Of a stretch of DNA of 64,000 nucleotides, positions 29,395 to 39,639 are shown in pieces. Below the pieces are notes generated by a model. That model did no database searches and had not been told where the DNA came from. It saw only the letters and a program-made list of their open reading frames with translations. Source of the stretch: an uncultured virus (IMG/VR IMGVR_UViG_2843834578_000006) (Duplodnaviria; Heunggongvirae; Uroviricota; Caudoviricetes); the IMG/VR virus record IMGVR_UViG_2843834578_000006. One strand, given 5' to 3'. The number at the start of each line of letters is the position of its first letter. Position 1 is the first letter of the stretch. The translations under genes and the position numbers were made by a program.

Positions 29395-29736
29395 ATGGCA
29401 AAACCAAAGAAAAATGACAATGAAGCTTTGAACACAAACGAAAACACACCGCTTGAAGATAAGGTGAATGAACAGCCTGAAGATAAAACGGATGAACAAC
29501 CTAAACCGCCTGAAAGTGAAACTAAGCCTGATGACGGTGCTTTGATAAATCCTATTGCTTTTGAAGTTAAGCTCAAATCTATCCACCCACAAGCCACCTA
29601 TGGGCGTTGTGGCTACCGTTTTAATAAAGAAACGGCGGTAGAAATTGCTCGTAAAGCCTTGAGTGATGAACAAATTATTACCTTAGCCAACGACCCTTAT
29701 TTGGAGTTTGTACCTGTTGTTGAGGGCGATGCGTAA
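29395..29736 (+). CDS. Mu gp35 / HI1506-like protein
   Basis: YGRCGYRF..L..DPYL. Confidence 0.75.
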   Translation: MAKPKKNDNEALNTNENTPLEDKVNEQPEDKTDEQPKPPESETKPDDGALINPIAFEVKLKSIHPQATYGRCGYRFNKETAVEIARKALSDEQIITLANDPYLEFVPVVEGDA

Positions 29737-30161
29737 TGTATGCGTTGGTTGATGATTTCGTTTTGCGAATTGGCGAACAGGAATCCATTGAGCTAACCGA
29801 CCGTGAAATGGTAGGCGTGGTTGATGAAGCGACTCTTGAAGTAGCTTTAGCGGACTCTTCCAGCCAAATTGATGGCTATTTAAGTGGGCGTTACCGTCTG
29901 CCATTAAAGACTGTACCGCAAAATTTAAAGCGTATTTGCTGTGATTTGGCTCGTTATCATTTAACCAGCAAATCATTAGTAACGATGACCGAAGAGGTGG
30001 AAAACCGCTACAAACTTTGCTTAAAAGAGCTGGAAAACATCTCTAAGGGCGTAGTGTCGTTAGCGGTTGATGAAACCAATGAGGAAGAATCGGCTACTGG
30101 CGAAAATACAGTGCAGTTTTTTAACGGGGGCAACCGTATTTGGGGGCGTGATAAGCGATGA
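29736..30161 (+). CDS. Mu gp36 (DUF1320) head-tail adaptor
   Basis: IDGYLSGRYRLPL..CCDLARYHL. Confidence 0.9.
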   Translation: MYALVDDFVLRIGEQESIELTDREMVGVVDEATLEVALADSSSQIDGYLSGRYRLPLKTVPQNLKRICCDLARYHLTSKSLVTMTEEVENRYKLCLKELENISKGVVSLAVDETNEEESATGENTVQFFNGGNRIWGRDKR

Positions 30162-30799
30162 TTAGCAAAATTGAGCGTGCTTTGATTGAGCGTTTAACGC
30201 TGGGCTTAGGCAAAATGGTGTATGCCGTTGCTGGGTATGCCGGGGAAATTAACGATGAGAAGTTAGATGTTCTCCGTTTGCCTGCTTGTCTTGTCTCTTA
30301 TGGTGGCTCGGCGTTCGAGGCGAAATCAATGGGAGTAAGAGGTAAACGCTATCAAGCCACTGATGTGTTTGTGGTGTTGGTTATTACTCGCTCAATGCGA
30401 AATCAGACTGCTGGGCGTTTAGGTGGGGTAACAAGTCGTGAGGTGGGGGTTAATCAGTTGCTGGGAGCGGTGAAAACCTTATTGATTAACCAGACTTTAG
30501 ACGGTTTAGTCCACCCTATCCAGCCTAAGCGAATCCGCACGATTTGGAATAATGCGGAAGTGAAGAAAGAGAAACTCTCTGCTTATGCTATTGAGTTTGA
30601 AATCAGCTACAACGAGTGCAATGTGCTTGATGATGGTAGATTCCCCGAAGGGGTTGAGCCGAATGAGCAAGTCTTTAAGCAGTATCAAGGCAAGCTAGAT
30701 GAACCGCAAGGCGATTTATCGGGCTTTAATAATCGGATTTTTGACCCGAATAACAATGCCGAAACGGCATTTAGAACAGAATTTAAGGATGGTGATTAG
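30158..30799 (+). CDS. Mu gp37 (DUF1834) tail terminator-like
   Basis: MISKIERAL..Y.GE..PACLVSYGG. Confidence 0.85.
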   Translation: MISKIERALIERLTLGLGKMVYAVAGYAGEINDEKLDVLRLPACLVSYGGSAFEAKSMGVRGKRYQATDVFVVLVITRSMRNQTAGRLGGVTSREVGVNQLLGAVKTLLINQTLDGLVHPIQPKRIRTIWNNAEVKKEKLSAYAIEFEISYNECNVLDDGRFPEGVEPNEQVFKQYQGKLDEPQGDLSGFNNRIFDPNNNAETAFRTEFKDGD

Positions 30800-30979
30800 A
30801 TGTTAAAAGTGAAAGCCGCTAAAGGGGTGCGTGTGCCGGTAGAAAACCGACCGCATCACTATATTGAACAAGAGGCAGTAGAGGTTGAAAACACCCTTTA
30901 CTATCAACGCCGCATTGCGGATGGCGATTTGATTGTCGTCAAAGAAACCAAATCCGCTAAAGAAACAGGGGGCAAATAA
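30800..30979 (+). CDS. Mu gp38 (DUF2635) protein, 59 aa (absent from ORF track)
   Basis: MLKVKAAKGVRVPVE..YYQRRIADGDL. Confidence 0.85.
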   Translation: MLKVKAAKGVRVPVENRPHHYIEQEAVEVENTLYYQRRIADGDLIVVKETKSAKETGGK

Positions 30980-31894
30980 TGTCAAAAATTGAATTTGAGA
31001 AAATCCCGAACAGTATTCGCAAACCAAGTGTGCTGACCGAATACAACAACAAAGATGCAGTAACCACCTTGCCGACCAATGAGCAAGAGGTGCTAATTGT
31101 TGCACCAATGCTAAACGGTGAGGCTGCTTTTACTGCTCCGCAAAAGATTTTTAGCGATGTGGAGGCGGAAAATTTATTTGGTAAAGGCTCGGTAGCTCAT
31201 TTAATGGTTCGCCAAGCAATCCAAAATAATCCGCTAATCCGTTTAACGGTGGTGGGCTTAAAAGACCACGAGGCAGGTATTGCAGCAACAGGGCAAGTTA
31301 GTTTTACCGGCACAGTAACTTATGCCGGTGTGGTGCGTATTACGATTGCCGGCACAGCTTACGAAGTTGCAGCCGCAAAAGGCGAAGAAGCACAGGCGAT
31401 TGTGGCTCGTTTAGTTAATGTGATTAATGCGGCGAGTTATAGCCCTGTGGTGGCAAGTGTGGAAAGTGAAACGACACTTAAACTGACCTCAAAAGCAAAA
31501 GGCGAAATCAGCAATGAAATCACGCTTGCAACACGCAATACAGCAACAGGTTTAACCCTTGAGGCTCGTGCGTTTGATAACGGTCAGCGTAATGCCCTAA
31601 TTGCTCCGGCGTTGGCGAGTGTTGCCGGTACGCATTATAACGTGATTATTTCGCCGTTTTCAGATGATGAAAATGCCCTTGCCTTGCGTAGCCATTTAGA
31701 ATCGGTTTCTGCCCCGATTGAAGATAAACCGGCTATTGGTGTAATGGGCTGGCGTGGCACTTATGCCACCGGCACAACCTTAACCGCAAGCCTTAACAGT
31801 GAGCGAATTATTGTAGGCTGGTATAAGGGAGCAACCGAATCAAATGCAATGATTGCGGCAGGGCTTGGTGCGGTAATTGCCGGTGAAGAAGATC
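30979..31894 (+). CDS. Tail sheath (Mu gpL), N-terminal part
   Basis: IPNSIRKP..FGKGS.AHLM; ends AVIAGEED at junction. Confidence 0.9.
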
Positions 31895-32503
31895 ACTTAT
31901 CGCTGGATTTGGGAGGGGGACTACTTAGAATCCTCTGATGCTCAAATCTTTAGAGATAAATACCAAGAATTAGAATTTAAGCCTAACCCTGATTTTAACG
32001 GTCCTTATTACGGGCTGGACTTTGGTTTTGCCAATGACCCAACAGCCTGTGTGAAATGTTGGGTGTTCGATGATGACTTATATATCGAGCGTGAAGCAGG
32101 GAAAGTAAGACTAGAGCTCGATGAGACCGCTGCTTATTTAGCAAATGCTTTGCCTGATTTGAGTAATTATACTGTTAGAGCAGATTCTGCTCGCCCAGAA
32201 TCCATCAGTTATTTAAAACGACATGGATTGCCTTATATTCAACCTGTTCCAAAGTGGAAAGGCTCAGTCGAAGATGGGGTTGAGCATATAAAATCTTATC
32301 GTAAAGTATATATTCATCCAAGTTGTACAGAGGTATTGAAAGAATTTCGCCTTTATAGTTACAAAACGGACAGATTAAGTGGTGATGTACTGCCTATCAT
32401 TATTGACGCTCATAACCACTATATTGATGCCATTCGTTATGCCTTAAATCCTCTTATTCAGGCAAGAGGCGAGGCGAAGCAATGTGCATTAAAGGTTTAT
32501 TAA
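31895..32503 (+). CDS. PBSX-type terminase large subunit, C-terminal fragment
   Basis: GLDFGFANDPTA, ADSARPE, NHYIDAIRYAL; no ATPase half. Confidence 0.9.
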   Translation, partial: TYRWIWEGDYLESSDAQIFRDKYQELEFKPNPDFNGPYYGLDFGFANDPTACVKCWVFDDDLYIEREAGKVRLELDETAAYLANALPDLSNYTVRADSARPESISYLKRHGLPYIQPVPKWKGSVEDGVEHIKSYRKVYIHPSCTEVLKEFRLYSYKTDRLSGDVLPIIIDAHNHYIDAIRYALNPLIQARGEAKQCALKVY

Positions 32504-32515
32504 AATGAGGTAACA

Positions 32516-33919
32516 ATGCCTAACTCCATCTCAGCCGATTTTGCGGCATTAAAAGCAAAAACAAAAATCATCGATGATTTACTCGGTGGCACACAAAAAA
32601 TGCGACAAGCGGGTCAAACCTACCTCTATAAAATGAAAATGGAAGAGGAAGATGGATATAAAAACCGATTAAATCGTTCTACGCTTTATCCGGCATTGAG
32701 GGAAACGCTTTCGCAGATGTTGGGGAGAGTGTTTTTTAATCCGATCAACGTAGAGGATGTGCATAAACAAATCGAACCATTGTTTGATGATATTGATTTA
32801 GAGGGTAACAATCTTGATGTATTCGCTTCTCGTTGGTTTTATGCTGCATTGGCTTATGGCGTATCTTATTGCTTGGTGGATTTTGTGAGGGTAGAGAATG
32901 CCCGCAGTCTTGCAGAAGAAAAAGCTCAAAATGCACGTCCGTATTTGGTGCATATTAAGCCGCAACAAGTGCTGGGCTTTAAAACAGCCAAAATCAACGG
33001 TAAAACTGCTTTTACCCAATTTCGTTATAAAGAGACAGTTACAGAAGATGATGGCGAGTTTGCTTCTAAACAGGTGAACTACATTTATGTTTATGAAATC
33101 GGACGTGTCCGAAAATATAAGAACGATGAGGGTGGCTTATCACTGGTTGCTGATATGCAAATCAAAGCTCAAAATACACCGCTTGCATTTGTGCCTATTG
33201 TTCCATTTATCACTAAACCGATTGATGTTTGGGGAATGGGTGAGCCGCCTTTAATGGAGCTGGCTTATTTAAATATTAAGCACTGGCAAAGTCAGTCAGA
33301 TCAAGACAATATTTTGAATATTGCTCGTGTACCGCTATTAGCTATTTTCTCTGATACTCAAATAAAATCCCTTGAAATCGGCTCAAGTGCAATATCTCTG
33401 CCGAAAGACAGTACAATGCAGTTTATTGAGCATTCAGGTTCGTCTATTAATGCCGGTTTAACCAGTCTGAAAGAACTAGAAGACCAAATGAAAACTGCCG
33501 GTGCGAAACTGCTAACTAAAACAGCATTAGCAATGACGGATAGTCAGGCTAAAGATGAAGCAGGTAAAGAGATCTCACAGCTTAGACATTATGCTAACAA
33601 ATTTGAAGATGCTCTCGATTTGGCTTTTGAGTACATTGGGCATTGGCTAGGTATCGGCGTTGATGAAGTTGGGACTTCGCAAATTTCAGGCAATATCGAC
33701 AATGATTTAGATCCAAATGCGTCAATGGCAACCATTATTCAGCTACGCAATGCCGGTGTCATTTCAAATCACTCTACGTTTGAAGAAGCTAAAAGACGAG
33801 GTTTATTGTCAGATAGTGCAAAATGGGAAGACGAACAAGCAAGGTTACAAGCGGAAGGTTTAAGCGATGACTTTACAAATCCATTCAATTCGAACCAAAG
33901 TGAAAACGCCGCTAGCTAA
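32516..33919 (+). CDS. Portal protein (DUF4055-like)
   Basis: LLGGTQKMR..PPLMELAYLNIKHWQSQSDQ. Confidence 0.88.
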   Translation: MPNSISADFAALKAKTKIIDDLLGGTQKMRQAGQTYLYKMKMEEEDGYKNRLNRSTLYPALRETLSQMLGRVFFNPINVEDVHKQIEPLFDDIDLEGNNLDVFASRWFYAALAYGVSYCLVDFVRVENARSLAEEKAQNARPYLVHIKPQQVLGFKTAKINGKTAFTQFRYKETVTEDDGEFASKQVNYIYVYEIGRVRKYKNDEGGLSLVADMQIKAQNTPLAFVPIVPFITKPIDVWGMGEPPLMELAYLNIKHWQSQSDQDNILNIARVPLLAIFSDTQIKSLEIGSSAISLPKDSTMQFIEHSGSSINAGLTSLKELEDQMKTAGAKLLTKTALAMTDSQAKDEAGKEISQLRHYANKFEDALDLAFEYIGHWLGIGVDEVGTSQISGNIDNDLDPNASMATIIQLRNAGVISNHSTFEEAKRRGLLSDSAKWEDEQARLQAEGLSDDFTNPFNSNQSENAAS

Positions 33920-35528
33920 ACGGATCGCTCACGCATTAACAGATCGTAAAATATTGCAGTTCCGTTTTGATGCTCATTTACGAAATCAAGTTTGGCAACG
34001 ACTCACAAAAACGCAAAAGGCATTATTAAACCGAATTAATGCAGCCGGGATAGATGCCTTACCGAAAAGAGAGTTGGATAAACTGCTCAAAGAACTCAAA
34101 GCAGAAATTGCAAAAAATTACCAAGAAACGACCGCTTACATTCAGCCTGAATTAAGCGGTTTTTTTGCGGTTGAAAAACAGGCACTGACTGAGCTTTACA
34201 ATGATGAAATCGGCTATGATTTTTTCAATCAAGTGCCGTCATATCAACGTAAAGCTACGCAACAAGCGACTATTATTGCCGGAATGCCGCTTGAAAGTTG
34301 GTTTGAAAAGCAAGGATCAGAGCTTTCGTTTAAATTTGAAAGCACCATTCGGCAAGGCTTGTTAGAGGGTAGGCAAACGCCTGAGATTGCCAAAGCTACG
34401 GCTGAATTATTTGGTATATCCAGACGGCACGCTGATACACTTGTCATTACTGCTGTGGCAAAAGTGGCGGACGATGCTCACAAGGCATTGCGAGATGAAA
34501 ATCTTGATTTAATTAAGGGTGAGATGCACTTATCAACGCTCGATACCCGCACCAGTACTGTTTGTCAAGTGCGAGACGGTAAGATGTGGGACACTGATTA
34601 CAAGCCTATCGGACACAGTTTGCCGTATCAACGCCCACCACTTCACCCTCGCTGTCGTTCGATTCTGCAACTGGTGATGAAAGACTGGAAAGAGTTAGGC
34701 TTTGATGATGTGAAAGAAATGCCGAAAAGCACTAGGGCGAGTGCAGACGGGCAAGTGTCGGAGAAGACAAACTATGAAGAGTGGCTCAGTAGCAAAACAC
34801 CGGAAGAGCAAGATAAAGCGCTAGGCAAAGGCAAGGCGGATTTGTGGCGGCGGGGAGTGATAACGTTTAGCGATATGTTAGATCAAAGTGCTAGACCATT
34901 GACACTAAAAGAGCTATATTCATTAAAAAATAGTTCTTCGGTAGATAAAATGGATAGTGTGGAACTTGTCCGTAAAAAGGCTGTTGCAGTTGAGCCTATG
35001 ATTACTCGTGATGTAGTATCAATTATTACAGCATCTGGGGGCGAGCCTGCCGGCTTAGATTTTCGCTTGAAATCACTATCATCTTTGCAGCGAAAAATTG
35101 ATACGGAAATAATGGCCGGAGTGTCAAAAGAGCAAGCGATAGCAAGTATTCGAGATGTTATTCGCTACACTGCAATCTTAGATGAACAGCGTTTTGTTGA
35201 GCAATACCAAAAAATGCAAAAAGACTTGGAGAAACAAGGTTATTCTACGATCATTGTTAAAAACACTTGGAAATCAAATAATGCTTATAAGGGCATTAAT
35301 ACGTTTGTGAGCACTTTTATTGAAAAGAATAATATAATTTTTGAATTGCAATATCATACAAAACAAAGTTTTGAGTTGAAAAACGGTAAATTGCACGAGC
35401 TCTATGAAAAATTCAGAGATCTGAATATACCTCTTGCAAAAAAATCAGAAATTTTACTTGAAATGCAGAAGTTAAGTGCTAATCTAAAAGAGCCAAAGAA
35501 CATTGATTTAATCAAGGAGAAAAAATAA
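33867..35528 (+). CDS. MuF minor capsid fused to RelA/SpoT-type synthetase toxin (Apk2-like)
   Basis: STLDTRT..C..RDG..PPLHPRCRS MuF; C-terminal RLKS..S..RK, RD..RY, YKG.N, ELQYHT, H..YE motifs. Confidence 0.88.
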   Translation: MTLQIHSIRTKVKTPLAKRIAHALTDRKILQFRFDAHLRNQVWQRLTKTQKALLNRINAAGIDALPKRELDKLLKELKAEIAKNYQETTAYIQPELSGFFAVEKQALTELYNDEIGYDFFNQVPSYQRKATQQATIIAGMPLESWFEKQGSELSFKFESTIRQGLLEGRQTPEIAKATAELFGISRRHADTLVITAVAKVADDAHKALRDENLDLIKGEMHLSTLDTRTSTVCQVRDGKMWDTDYKPIGHSLPYQRPPLHPRCRSILQLVMKDWKELGFDDVKEMPKSTRASADGQVSEKTNYEEWLSSKTPEEQDKALGKGKADLWRRGVITFSDMLDQSARPLTLKELYSLKNSSSVDKMDSVELVRKKAVAVEPMITRDVVSIITASGGEPAGLDFRLKSLSSLQRKIDTEIMAGVSKEQAIASIRDVIRYTAILDEQRFVEQYQKMQKDLEKQGYSTIIVKNTWKSNNAYKGINTFVSTFIEKNNIIFELQYHTKQSFELKNGKLHELYEKFRDLNIPLAKKSEILLEMQKLSANLKEPKNIDLIKEKK

Positions 35529-35746
35529 TGTATCAGTATTATTTAGCTCAAGTTGGCAATGAACAGCAAAAACTTATTCGTGGTATGCCTGACAATCTAC
35601 TTAGTTTCTCGGTTTATGAGCCTGAACAAGAAGATTGGGATAATAAGTTCGGCCCATTTTGGGCAGACAAGATCTTGATAAGCGGATTTGACGCTTACGA
35701 GGAAATTTCAGAAAAGGAAGCAATCCGATTTATCAAGGTACATTAA
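35528..35746 (+). CDS. Putative immunity protein (IapK-like)
   Basis: 72 aa acidic; TAATG-coupled to toxin. Confidence 0.72.
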   Translation: MYQYYLAQVGNEQQKLIRGMPDNLLSFSVYEPEQEDWDNKFGPFWADKILISGFDAYEEISEKEAIRFIKVH

Positions 35747-36160
35747 ATGTGTCAAGCTGAACAATTCGCTCGCCAACTGCATTATGGACAAACAGATAAA
35801 GCTGGAAAGCCATACATTGAGCATCTTGCTTTTGTTGCAGAAAACATTAGCACAAAAAATGAAGAGACAGAAGCAGTAGCTTGGTTGCACGACAGTGTAG
35901 AAGATACTCAGTGTTCAATTAATGATATTCGTCATATATTTGGCGATGTTATTGCTGATGCAGTTGAGGCTATTACTAAAAAGCAAGGCGAAAGTTATTT
36001 TTGCTACTTGGATAGAGTAAAATCAAATCCTATTGCTAAGGTGGTTAAGTTAGCTGATTTGACTCATAATCTTTGCCTTGAGCGATTGCCCAAGATCACT
36101 GAAAAGGATCTTAAACGAGCAGAAAAATACAAATCAGCATTGGAATATCTACAAGCCTAG
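35747..36160 (+). CDS. Mesh1/SAH-like HD hydrolase (Aph1-like)
   Basis: H.GQTDKAGKPYIEH, AWLHDSVED, VKLADLTHN. Confidence 0.9.
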   Translation: MCQAEQFARQLHYGQTDKAGKPYIEHLAFVAENISTKNEETEAVAWLHDSVEDTQCSINDIRHIFGDVIADAVEAITKKQGESYFCYLDRVKSNPIAKVVKLADLTHNLCLERLPKITEKDLKRAEKYKSALEYLQA

Positions 36161-36182
36161 CCTAAAACGCTAGGCTTTTTTA
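36154..36182 (+). terminator. Terminator after toxin cassette
   Basis: AGCCTAGC-ctaaaac-GCTAGGCT followed by T-run. Confidence 0.7.
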
Positions 36183-36277
36183 TCGCAATTTTTTACCCCA
36201 AACTGACCGTTTGTGAGCCATCACAGGCGGTTTTTTATTATCGGGCGGAAGCCCACCAGCAATGAGAGGAAGCTCAA

Positions 36278-37012
36278 ATGAAATTAAAATTAGACGAAAA
36301 CGGACATGTAGTAGTTGAAAATGGTATGCCTGTGTATATTCACGATGACGGAAAGGAAATTCCGTTCGATGCACTAAAGGCGACACAGAAAATCACACAA
36401 CTGAACGCTGAGGCAAAGCAACATCGAGAAGCTAAAGAGAAAGCGGAAGCCGACTTAAAAGCATTCTCAGGGATTGACGATCCGAAAGCTGCACTCGAGG
36501 CATTAAAGACGGTTGCCAATTTAGATGCTAAAAAGCTGATTGATGCCGGTGATGCGGAAAAAGTCAAAGCGGAAATCATCAAAGGTTACGATGAGAAATT
36601 AGCTGTGGCAACCGCTCAAGCCGAAAAACTGCAACAGCAGTTACACGCTGAATTAATCGGTGGTTCGTTTGCTCGGTCTAAATACGCTCAAGAACACTTG
36701 AATATTCCGTCTGATGTCGTACAGGCATTCTTCGGTAAGCATTTTAGTATTTCGGATGACGGCAAAGTGGTAGCTAAATTTGCTGACGGGGGCGAAATCT
36801 TTAGTCGCACCCGCCCGGGCGAAAAAGCAGATTTTGAAGAGGCATTAGAAGCTTTAGTAAGTGCTTATCCAAATAAAGACGCTATTTTAAAACCAAGTGG
36901 TTCAAGTGGGGCAGGAGCAGGTGGCGGATCACGCAGTTCATCTATGCCGAAAACATTATCGGACTGCAAAACAGATGAAGAGCGTATCGCTTATCTTCAA
37001 GCAAATTCGTAA
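36278..37012 (+). CDS. Capsid scaffold protein (DUF6651-like)
   Basis: MKLKLDENG.VVV.NG.PVY; coiled coil; before capsid. Confidence 0.82.
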   Translation: MKLKLDENGHVVVENGMPVYIHDDGKEIPFDALKATQKITQLNAEAKQHREAKEKAEADLKAFSGIDDPKAALEALKTVANLDAKKLIDAGDAEKVKAEIIKGYDEKLAVATAQAEKLQQQLHAELIGGSFARSKYAQEHLNIPSDVVQAFFGKHFSISDDGKVVAKFADGGEIFSRTRPGEKADFEEALEALVSAYPNKDAILKPSGSSGAGAGGGSRSSSMPKTLSDCKTDEERIAYLQANS

Positions 37013-37077
37013 GGTGCAAGAGGTTGCACCTTTTTTATTTTCGGTGCAATCGCACCACTTTTTAGAGGAAAATCAAA

Positions 37078-38025
37078 ATGGCATTTGACCTACAGGTTTT
37101 TAACAAACAAACGCAATTAGCCTTGACCGAAACTGTCGATCAGGCTATTGAAAAATTCAATGCAGCATCAGGCGGTGCAATCATTTTACAGAACAAGCCA
37201 GCTGAAGGTGATTTTGATATCCGTGCTAGCTTTAAAGGTATTGCCGGTTTAGTTCGCCGCCGTAATGTGTACGGTACAGGTACGGTAGATGCAAAACGTT
37301 TAGAGCAATTACTGGACGTAGCAGTTAAAGTGGCGGCAGGTACAGCACCGATTGAATACCAGCCGAGTCAATATAAATGGATTTTATTAAATCCTGAATT
37401 GGCGGCGATTGAAATCGGCACACAACTTGCCAAAGCCCGTGTTGCTGATATGCTCAATACGGCTATTGCCGGCACGGTTGCTGCAATTAGTGGCAATACA
37501 GCAATGACACTTGATGAAAAGACCGCCGCTCCGACATTCCGCATTTTAAACAAAGGTGCAGCGAAAATGGGTGATCGTGCCGGTTCGCTTAAAGCGTGGG
37601 TGTTGCACTCCACAACCTTACACGGCTTATACGATAATGCCTTAACCAATGCGGAAAACTTATTCAAGTACGAAAACGTGAACGTAATTCGTGACCCGTT
37701 TGGGCGTGTATTTGTCGTCACAGACAGCCCGGCTTTAATGGCTTCAGACGGTACATTTAACACCTTAGGCTTGGTTGAAAATGCGGTGGTAGTTTCCGGC
37801 AACAATGACTTTGACAGCGTGTTAGTGCCGAAAACCGGCGGAGAAAACCTTTCAGCAGTTTACCAAGCTGAATGGACCTATAACTTAGGAATCCTAGGTT
37901 ATAAATGGGATATGACCGCTGGTGGTAAATCACCGAACGATACCGCCCTAGGCACACCGACGAACTGGGATAAATCGGTTACCTCCAACAAAGACACCGC
38001 CGGTGTATTGGTAAAAACGAAGTAA
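37078..38025 (+). CDS. Major capsid protein
   Basis: FNAASGGAI..GYKWD..GGKSP..NWDK..KDTAGV. Confidence 0.88.
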   Translation: MAFDLQVFNKQTQLALTETVDQAIEKFNAASGGAIILQNKPAEGDFDIRASFKGIAGLVRRRNVYGTGTVDAKRLEQLLDVAVKVAAGTAPIEYQPSQYKWILLNPELAAIEIGTQLAKARVADMLNTAIAGTVAAISGNTAMTLDEKTAAPTFRILNKGAAKMGDRAGSLKAWVLHSTTLHGLYDNALTNAENLFKYENVNVIRDPFGRVFVVTDSPALMASDGTFNTLGLVENAVVVSGNNDFDSVLVPKTGGENLSAVYQAEWTYNLGILGYKWDMTAGGKSPNDTALGTPTNWDKSVTSNKDTAGVLVKTK

Positions 38026-38030
38026 TTTTT

Positions 38031-38069
38031 AACCGCTTGTAGATAAGGTTTACAAGCGGTTGTTTTTTT
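38031..38069 (+). terminator. Uptake-sequence-pair terminator
   Basis: AACCGCTTGTA..TACAAGCGGTT followed by T-run. Confidence 0.75.
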
Positions 38070-38084
38070 ATCTGGAGTTTGCAA

Positions 38085-38435
38085 ATGAAACGAATACTTT
38101 ATTTTACAACGGATTTTTCGGCAAAAAACATTGCCTTTGCCAAAGCTCACGGTGTATTAATGCGGAATCTGAACGCTTACCACCCATCAGACACCTTAGA
38201 AAATGCAGATGCAGTGTGCGGTAACGTACCTCAAGCTTATCAACATTTACCGTTGTTTGAATTGCCTGAGTCTAACCAAAAATCAGGTCAAGATTTGAAA
38301 ACCTTAAAAACCGAAGAAATTAAGGAAAAACTGACTGAATTAGGTATTGCTTTTGAGGCGAATGCCAAAAAAGAAACATTACTAACCTTACTCACTCAGG
38401 CGGTGGGACGTGACGGAACAAACGATGCTAAATAG
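38085..38435 (+). CDS. HeH/LEM-domain phage protein
   Basis: LKTEEIKEKLTELGIAFEANAKKETLL. Confidence 0.75.
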   Translation: MKRILYFTTDFSAKNIAFAKAHGVLMRNLNAYHPSDTLENADAVCGNVPQAYQHLPLFELPESNQKSGQDLKTLKTEEIKEKLTELGIAFEANAKKETLLTLLTQAVGRDGTNDAK

Positions 38436-38862
38436 TTATATGACGGTTGAGCAAGCCAACGCCTATCACGACATCAGAATGAGCCGTGAGGCGTGGAATG
38501 CGTTAAGCGATCAAGAAAAACAGCAACGATTGGTGTCAGCGTCTGATTTTCTGGATTTCAATTATCGTTTTTCAGGCGAAAAAGCAGATCTTACTCAAGA
38601 GCGTGAATTTCCACGCAAGGGTTTTGAAGCTATCGGTATTCCTAAAGCCGTGCAATTTGCGGTATGTGAGTTGGCATTGCAAGATAACTTGACCGCAAAT
38701 CAAGAAGCTCAAATGAGTAGCGTAAGAGTTGGCCCGGTTTCAGTTAATTATGATAACAGTTCACCGCAAAACAGCGTGAATCGGTTTGAGTATGTGAGGC
38801 AGTTGCTTTCCACTTGGTTAGATCGATCTTCTTTCGGCACGGTTAAGTTGGAGCGTAGTTGA
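38410..38862 (+). CDS. Head-tail adaptor (DnaT-like annotation family)
   Basis: NSYMTVEQANAY..Q.REFPR..VGPVSVNY. Confidence 0.78.
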   Translation: MTEQTMLNSYMTVEQANAYHDIRMSREAWNALSDQEKQQRLVSASDFLDFNYRFSGEKADLTQEREFPRKGFEAIGIPKAVQFAVCELALQDNLTANQEAQMSSVRVGPVSVNYDNSSPQNSVNRFEYVRQLLSTWLDRSSFGTVKLERS

Positions 38863-39233
38863 TGGCGGATTTTTACGGCAATTTAGGGAAAATCTCCCAT
38901 TCTTTGATTAAGCAATTCGGGCAGCCTTGTAGTGTAACAATTAACGAACAAGGCAGATACAACCCTGCAACCGGTGAGCGGAAAAAAGGTAGCTCAACGG
39001 TTCACGCAGGCTATTGTCTGTTTGATAATTTGGCGTTTGATTTCCGCAATCAGCAATCTGTCAGCGTTCAACAAGGCGATGTGATGATTTATCTCACTGC
39101 CGATTGCAAACCGGTATTAAATGCTGTGATTGAAGCAAACGGCGAAAAATGGTCGGTCATCAACGTCCAGCCTATACGCCCAGCAGCTACCACGATGATT
39201 TATCAAGTACAAGGGAGAAAAGCCGATGGGTAG
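38862..39233 (+). CDS. Head closure protein
   Basis: Synteny; GRYNPATG. Confidence 0.7.
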   Translation: MADFYGNLGKISHSLIKQFGQPCSVTINEQGRYNPATGERKKGSSTVHAGYCLFDNLAFDFRNQQSVSVQQGDVMIYLTADCKPVLNAVIEANGEKWSVINVQPIRPAATTMIYQVQGRKADG

Positions 39234-39639
39234 TTTTCACGCTCAAATCGCCCGTTTTGTGGAACAAACGCAACAAAAAGCGGATAGGGCGTTAAGGGTA
39301 ATTGCCCTGCAAACCTTAAGTGGGGTGCAGAAGAAATCGCCTGTCGATACCGGACAACTTCGGCGTAGCTGGACGGTGGCATTAAATGGTTTCCCGAGCA
39401 GTTATAACGGCAGTCAAACCGTGCTGAATAGTGCTAAATTCGGCGATATGATTGTGATTGCTACCAATAAACCTTATGCACCAATGCTCGAATATGGGCT
39501 TTACCCGAACCCACCAAAAAAACCGACCGGCAAGACCAAAAACGGTTATTCAATACAAGCACCTAATGGAATGGTGCGAATTACCGTGCAGGAAATGCAA
39601 GCCTTTATCCGCAATAATCCACAATTAGGAGTAAGCTGA
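39226..39639 (+). CDS. HK97 gp10-family tail completion protein
   Basis: SPVDTGQLRRSW..PYAPMLEYG..SIQAPNGMVR. Confidence 0.87.
   Translation: MGSFHAQIARFVEQTQQKADRALRVIALQTLSGVQKKSPVDTGQLRRSWTVALNGFPSSYNGSQTVLNSAKFGDMIVIATNKPYAPMLEYGLYPNPPKKPTGKTKNGYSIQAPNGMVRITVQEMQAFIRNNPQLGVS

Larger units (their letters stand above)
907..31894. mobile_element. Mu-like transposable prophage (scrambled blocks; tail fibre, invertase/mom and right end not in window)
   Basis: repressor-ner-MuA-MuB, GemA, Mor, gp27-gp47 homologues, gpT capsid. Confidence 0.93.

Noticed and set aside
30979..32503. ORFs 30979..31938 and 31877..32503 as a sheath-terminase overlap
   Set aside because: Their termini are read-through across the 31894/31895 junction
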